Source of the DNA: a bacterium
GTDB lineage: Bacteria; Electryoneota; Electryoneia; Electryoneales; Electryoneaceae
DNA length: 64,000 nt
Assembly: GCA_963669175.1 (NCBI GenBank)
Contig: OY769902.1
Location: 1,248,001 to 1,312,000 of the forward strand
Direction: 5' to 3'
Shown here: positions 58,814-64,000 of the stretch, piece after piece
Layout of the letters: the number at the start of each line of letters is the position of its first letter
Position numbering within the stretch: the stretch's first letter is position 1
Notes under the pieces: model-generated
The model's database searches: none
What the model was told of the DNA's origin: nothing
What the model saw: the letters and a program-made list of their open reading frames with translations, nothing else
Position numbers and translations under genes: made by a program

Positions 58814-59584
58814 CTACTTCAGGCGGTAGATGCTCATGTCGCTGTTAGCAATCCAGGGGTTGCCATTGGCATCGACGTCGATCAGAACACCAGCGCCAAC
58901 GACCTGTTCCCAGCTATCGCCTACGAGTTTGTAGACGTTGAAGCCCTTGTCCGCTTCCTTGAAACCGATGATCCATACGCTGCCGTCGGCGCCAACGCCG
59001 ATATCCTTCGCTCGACCATTAACGGTTTCGAAACCACCGCTCAGGCCCTTGGTGGGAACCCACTTGTTGATGGTGCCGTCTTCTGCGGCGATCCAGGGGT
59101 TGCCATTCGGGTCAACGGAGATCCGGCGGCCATTGCCGAGCGCCTGATCCCAGCCGTTGATGGAGTTGTTCCAACGGAACACGCCGTAATTCTTGTCCGG
59201 GGATCCAACGATCCAGACGCTGCCATCAGCGCCAATGCCGATATCTGATGCACGACCCGGTACTTCGACCAGCTTGCCGCCCAGACCTTCGTCTGTACGG
59301 AAACGCCAGATGGCCATATCCTGGTCAGCGATCCAGGGGTTGCCGTTGGCATCAACGTCAATCCGCTTGCCTTTACCCAGGATCTGATCCCAGCCGGCTG
59401 TGGAAGGATTAAACTTGAAAATCCCGTATTTTTCCGCTGAACCGACGATCCACACGCTACCATCAGCGCCGCAGCCGATATCAGTTGCACGACCGTTGAT
59501 CTTTTCAAATGTCGGTCCCTGCGCTGGAATGGCAAGGGCGAGCATTAAGATCACTGCTGCCGCAATGGTAATATTCCTGGCCAT
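58814..59584 (-). CDS. Secreted tectonin-repeat beta-propeller protein (lectin-like)
   Basis: Signal peptide; three repeats of DIG.GADGSVWI...I.VD.NGNPWIA. Confidence 0.85.
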   Translation of the reverse strand: MARNITIAAAVILMLALAIPAQGPTFEKINGRATDIGCGADGSVWIVGSAEKYGIFKFNPSTAGWDQILGKGKRIDVDANGNPWIADQDMAIWRFRTDEGLGGKLVEVPGRASDIGIGADGSVWIVGSPDKNYGVFRWNNSINGWDQALGNGRRISVDPNGNPWIAAEDGTINKWVPTKGLSGGFETVNGRAKDIGVGADGSVWIIGFKEADKGFNVYKLVGDSWEQVVGAGVLIDVDANGNPWIANSDMSIYRLK

Positions 59585-60181
59585 ACTTAGCCTCCTTTGA
59601 ACTTGGTTGAGGGGCCTCCCCCCATGTAGCTGTTTACTGTCTTTGTTGTCGTCGTTGGTACGTTCCCTCCCTTACTACGACGGGAACGGTGTGCTAACAC
59701 TCTGCGAACACGCGTCAATCCTGAGTTTTATGTGTTCCAGAGAGTGTAATGTATACCCCTTCAGGAAGAGGAAGCAAGAGGTTTTCCTTTTGCCGATAAA
59801 TCAGTAGGACCGGAGACTAAAAGTGTGCTCCATCGGCTCGCTGCAAACATTTACGTGACATTTCCCGCTTGAGAATCATCTACTATATCATCGACAAAGT
59901 TGTTCACTGCTGCGGGGGGTAATATACTACTTTTCCCTGGAACAACGAACCGGAACCTTCAGGCTCCCAAATCCGGTTTTCCCCTCGCAGCAGTCCTTCC
60001 CCTTACAGAATTTCCGATCTACCAGTTGAAACGGCTCCTTTAAATGTCAATCAGGCGTTCACTTCCCAGTTTGAAACGCCTAACTTGTCCTTGAAGTACC
60101 GTTGTTGAACAAATGACATTCATGGTGATACCACGACAGCTTGTTGATATCGATAGTCCCGTTAAAGCCAACACTGTAAGC

Positions 60182-61309
60182 ATGATGAAGCTCAACAGAC
60201 TGACAGACCTCTTAAAACGCAGCCGCAGTGCGCTGTTGCTCCTGCTGGCTGTATTCCTGATTGCCCAGGTGGCCTGGTGGGTGATTTTCCAAATACGTGT
60301 GGATAAACGTCTGACGCTTGCCCAGCACGAACTGTGGGACCAGCAGATCGAACTCACCTCGCGTTTCATTGACGTTCACTACCGTGGCAATCCGGAAGCA
60401 GCTTCCTTTTGGTTGAACAGCACCTATCCCGACCTGGCGCTGTCGTCGGACGGTCACGTTGTCGTTCGTCCCGAGGCGCATACACGGTTGATGGAGGAGA
60501 CCCGCAAGGCTGTCCGGATGTTTGCCTACGAGGGCGGCTTTTTCTCCCTGATCGTGCTTCTCGGTATCGGGTACATGTACTGGACTTTGAGACGTGAAAT
60601 TCTGGTGGAACGTCAACAGGCAAACTTCCTTGCCGCCATTACCCATGAATTAAAAACGCCGGTGACTGCGATCAAACTGCTGCACGAAAACCTTGAGCAT
60701 GCGGATTTGCAGGAAGCGCAGACGGTTGAAGTGAATGAAGCGATACATCAAAATCTTGATCGCCTGCATCAACTTATCGAACGGTTGCTTCTTGCACGTT
60801 CGCTCACGTATAACAAACCCAGGGATCTATCCGGGAATACGGATTTGTGTGCGGTTACTACCAGGGTGGTTCAGCAATACCTGCAACGCTTGCCTGCGGA
60901 ACGTGCGGCCGATATTCAGTACTCGAAAGCAGAGGGGTGTTTTGCCCGGATTACGCCCGAATTCTGGGAAATTGTCGTCATTAATCTCCTGGAAAACGCC
61001 CTGAAATACAGCAAGACAGGGCAGAAGATCCAGGTTGCTCTCAAGGCAGAAGAGAAGCACGCAAAACTGTCTGTCAAGGATATGGGGACAGGCTTTTCCA
61101 GGAGCGAACACCGGGTTATCTTCAATCGGTTCTATCGTGTGGGCAATGAGGATACACGCAGCACAGAAGGTATTGGGCTTGGTCTGTATCTGGTGCGTGA
61201 GATTGTTCACAGTTTCAAGGGCGCCATTGATGGGCAAAGCGAGGGGCCGGGGATGGGTGCGGAGTTTATCGTTACACTGCCATTGCTGAGGGAGTCGTTA
61301 CGTGGCTGA
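60182..61309 (+). CDS. Membrane sensor histidine kinase
   Basis: Two TM helices, THELKTP, NALKY, FYR, GIGLGL. Confidence 0.93.
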   Translation: MMKLNRLTDLLKRSRSALLLLLAVFLIAQVAWWVIFQIRVDKRLTLAQHELWDQQIELTSRFIDVHYRGNPEAASFWLNSTYPDLALSSDGHVVVRPEAHTRLMEETRKAVRMFAYEGGFFSLIVLLGIGYMYWTLRREILVERQQANFLAAITHELKTPVTAIKLLHENLEHADLQEAQTVEVNEAIHQNLDRLHQLIERLLLARSLTYNKPRDLSGNTDLCAVTTRVVQQYLQRLPAERAADIQYSKAEGCFARITPEFWEIVVINLLENALKYSKTGQKIQVALKAEEKHAKLSVKDMGTGFSRSEHRVIFNRFYRVGNEDTRSTEGIGLGLYLVREIVHSFKGAIDGQSEGPGMGAEFIVTLPLLRESLRG

Positions 61310-61994
61310 AACAATCCTGATCGTGGAAGATGACCAGTCGATAGCGTTGGGATTGAAACTGAACCTGCAACGTGAAGGTTTTGACGTTGTCCACGTGGAT
61401 AACGGTAACGACGCGCTGGAAACAATCACCAACACCGTCCCGGACCTTGTGCTGCTGGATGTAATGTTGCCCGGGATGAGTGGTTTTGAGGTATGCGAAC
61501 GTGTGCGGAAAAGCGGCAGCCGTGTGCCGATCCTTTATGTCACCGCACGTAGCATGACCGATGACCGTATCAAAGGCCTCGAGCTGGGGGGAGATGATTA
61601 CATCACCAAGCCGTTCGAGTTCGTGGAATTGTTGACACGTATCCGCGCCATGCTGCGACGGCAATCATGGTATATGGCCGCGCCCGATACGGGTAACACG
61701 GTCACATTCGGCAACAACAAGGTGGATTTCACTGCGTATCATGCCTGGACCCCTGCAGGCGAAATTGACCTGACCCAGAAAGAAAACATGGTGCTGAAGA
61801 CTCTGTATGAAAACCAGGGCAAGGTGCTGTCACGTGACGATATCCTGGACAAGGTCTGGGGTTATGATGCGTATCCTTCCACGAGGACTGTGGACAATAT
61901 TATCCTGAACCTGCGACGTTATTTCGAGGACGATCCCAAACATCCACGCTTCATCCAGTCGCAATACGGTGTGGGGTATGTGTTCAGGTCGTAA
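61302..61994 (+). CDS. OmpR/PhoB-family response regulator
   Basis: ILIVEDD, LDVMLP, DDYITKPF, RTVDN, GVGY. Confidence 0.95.
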   Translation: MAETILIVEDDQSIALGLKLNLQREGFDVVHVDNGNDALETITNTVPDLVLLDVMLPGMSGFEVCERVRKSGSRVPILYVTARSMTDDRIKGLELGGDDYITKPFEFVELLTRIRAMLRRQSWYMAAPDTGNTVTFGNNKVDFTAYHAWTPAGEIDLTQKENMVLKTLYENQGKVLSRDDILDKVWGYDAYPSTRTVDNIILNLRRYFEDDPKHPRFIQSQYGVGYVFRS

Positions 61995-62317
61995 GCTTCT
62001 GCAGGGATAACTCTTGGATTCACAGGATGAACAGGATGGTGTAAGGATGCCAGAGATAAATTGCCGGATTCACAGGATGAACAGGATAGGAAAGGATGCC
62101 AAGGATATACAGCAATTTGAGGAACCTTTAACTGGCTATTGTCTGTACCTCGAATGAGTTATAGAAGGAGCACTTGAAAGATTCCAAGGCTGTACTGCAA
62201 TAACAGGGAGCCTTCAATTTGGCTTATGTTTGAACACTGAAGGAGTATTTGACAGTTGACTTGAAGGGAACAAGAAGGGTGGCTTGAAGGGATTAGAAAG
62301 GGTGACTATTATACATT

Positions 62318-62408
62318 CCCCGAAGGGGTTTAACTTGAATAGCGCGGTGGCGTAAGCCCCTGGAAAAATGGAAGATACCCCCCTTCGATCCCGAAGGGAT
62401 CGCACAAC
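62318..62408. repeat. Family D partial element
   Basis: GATCCCGAAGGGATCGCACAA identical to 422-442; GAATAGCGCGG...GCGTAAGC related to about 520-540 and 26735-26757. Confidence 0.7.
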
Positions 62409-62409
62409 C

Positions 62410-63237
62410 CTACTGCATGTTTTCCCATTCTTTCAGCTTCGCGCTGGCCTGTTTCAATCTCTTGATTTCTTCGCTGGACAGTTTATCGATCCCGATCCGG
62501 TTAATTTTATCGAGCAGGTCGTCAATCTCTTTCTGCAGCTTCTCTTTTTCCTTATCCCGGTCCCAGACAACTTTCATTTTCTTCTTTGTTTTCTGCATGT
62601 CATTCCAGCGACGGAATTTGTACCACCAGAGATCTTTTTTCAGGTAGAGGAACCCGAACAACATGCCGCCAAGGTGGGCGAAATGGGCCACGCCACGGTT
62701 CGAGCCGCTCATGGCCATGAAAAGCTCAATTGCGCCGAAGATGATTACAAAATACTTCGCCTTCATCGGGATGGGCGGGAAAAGCAGCATTATCATCTGG
62801 TTGGGGAAACTCATGCCGAACGCCAGGAGCAGGCCGAAAATCGCACCGGACGCACCCACAATCGGGATCGGGCTGAACGGTGTAACCAGAGCGTTGGTGA
62901 AGCCTGCACCGATACCGCAAACGAAATAATACGTCAGGAACTTTCGTGAACCCCAGTACGCTTCCAGGGTACGTCCGAACATCCACAACGCGAACATGTT
63001 GAAAAACAGGTGGAAGAAATTCGACTGGGAATGCAGGAACATGTAGGTGACAGCCTGGAATATCCAGCCTTTCCAGAACAAAGCCGGCACCAGGCCAAAG
63101 GTCAGCGCCCAGCTTCCGGTACCACGTTCCAGCAGCATCTGGGTAAGGAATACGGCGACATTCGCAATAATGAGATTGCGGACGACTGTCCCCATGCCGC
63201 CAAATCCCCCGCCATATCCTCCGCCGTACCTGCTCAC
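62410..63237 (-). CDS. Rhomboid-family intramembrane serine protease with a C-terminal helical tail
   Basis: TYMFLH, HLFFNM, GASG, AHLGG, IDDLLDKI. Confidence 0.95.
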   Translation of the reverse strand: MSRYGGGYGGGFGGMGTVVRNLIIANVAVFLTQMLLERGTGSWALTFGLVPALFWKGWIFQAVTYMFLHSQSNFFHLFFNMFALWMFGRTLEAYWGSRKFLTYYFVCGIGAGFTNALVTPFSPIPIVGASGAIFGLLLAFGMSFPNQMIMLLFPPIPMKAKYFVIIFGAIELFMAMSGSNRGVAHFAHLGGMLFGFLYLKKDLWWYKFRRWNDMQKTKKKMKVVWDRDKEKEKLQKEIDDLLDKINRIGIDKLSSEEIKRLKQASAKLKEWENMQ

Positions 63238-63349
63238 TACGTTTTCCCTGGTTAGTTAGATCATCTGAAAAGATAGGCAATGCCTGCGCCGTATCCAACG
63301 TATACCCGTGACATCCGTCCAGGTCCACTTGTCCCATGCTCCAACCGGA

Positions 63350-63895
63350 TCAGGGTTCCTTGATTTTCGCGTCGATCAGCTCCAGAAGTCCGGTCATGGT
63401 CTTCTGTAACGCTTCGACCTCGCTACGTATGGACATCCAGTTGGTCAGATCACGTGCGATGACCACAGCCTGTATCGGTTTCCCGGTACGTCTTGCAATA
63501 GGAGCCGCCTTGGCACGGAACAAACGTGTCGGGCCGTTCTTTTGCGGGGCTTCCCAGGTGAACGGAACCTCGCTGTTGGAACGAATCGCGGAAACCGCCT
63601 GCCCCGATATTGTGCCAGCCTTTTTGTGATAAGGGAAAACCTCTTCAGCTTTCTTCTCGATGATCTCTTTCTCTGATAGCCCCAATAAGGCTAAGCCACG
63701 AGGATTGACATCGAGGAAACGGCCATCCTTATCCATCACCGCGACAAAATCTTCGTCATAGTCACGCCAAGCGTTGTAACGTGCCTGTACACCCAGCAAA
63801 CGCTTCTCTGTATCCCGAAGCATCAGCACTTCACGCTTCACATGCTGGTAATCATCCCAGAACTCGAAATCTGTCGGGTTTACCTGATCTGTCAT
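63350..63895 (-). CDS. PAS-domain protein
   Basis: MDKDGRFLDVN, IARD; coiled-coil flanks, no output domain. Confidence 0.75.
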   Translation of the reverse strand: MTDQVNPTDFEFWDDYQHVKREVLMLRDTEKRLLGVQARYNAWRDYDEDFVAVMDKDGRFLDVNPRGLALLGLSEKEIIEKKAEEVFPYHKKAGTISGQAVSAIRSNSEVPFTWEAPQKNGPTRLFRAKAAPIARRTGKPIQAVVIARDLTNWMSIRSEVEALQKTMTGLLELIDAKIKEP

Positions 63896-64000
63896 GGTGA
63901 ACCTCTCTCTCTTTGGAGTTGGAAAGTTATAAAGTTACAAAGTTGAAAAGTTATTAAAAGAAAAACTGGGACTGATCTTTCGCGGTCTGTTATTCATTGA

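Noticed and set aside
59906-59994. SRP RNA, 6S RNA or a known riboswitch
   Set aside because: Lacks the SRP GNRA-loop/AGCAG domain arrangement, too short for 6S, no aptamer consensus recognised by eye

Overview
Bacterial chromosomal window, probably from an FCB-superphylum lineage (inferred from a secreted S8 protease with a C-terminal YPNPFN sorting domain, a TonB receptor and the folB-folK-dNK order; not proven). It holds about 44 protein genes and one tRNA-Ser(GCT). Housekeeping genes include split transketolase, dsbD, pyrG, folB/folK, wecB, miaA, malQ and uvrA. It also has a DsrMK-like redox module with its own regulators, a metal-uptake locus led by an RGPP-ending leader ORF, a 19-heme cytochrome c/cytochrome b fusion, a vapBC module, a MarR-RND efflux operon and a two-component system. 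Most larger intergenic gaps are filled with nested, non-autonomous palindromic repeats of at least eight families (REP/REPIN/MITE-like). The best-supported highlight is a complete IS110-family (IS1111-type) element at 10863-12337 inserted into the centre of one repeat palindrome. Its ends rebuild a TTGACT-N17-TATAAT promoter on circularisation. Its 3' non-coding end folds into a bridge/seek-RNA-like loop whose two guide segments spell the 13-nt target GAAACTGTCCCCT, which occurs unoccupied twice elsewhere in the window. All alignments and folds were done by eye.
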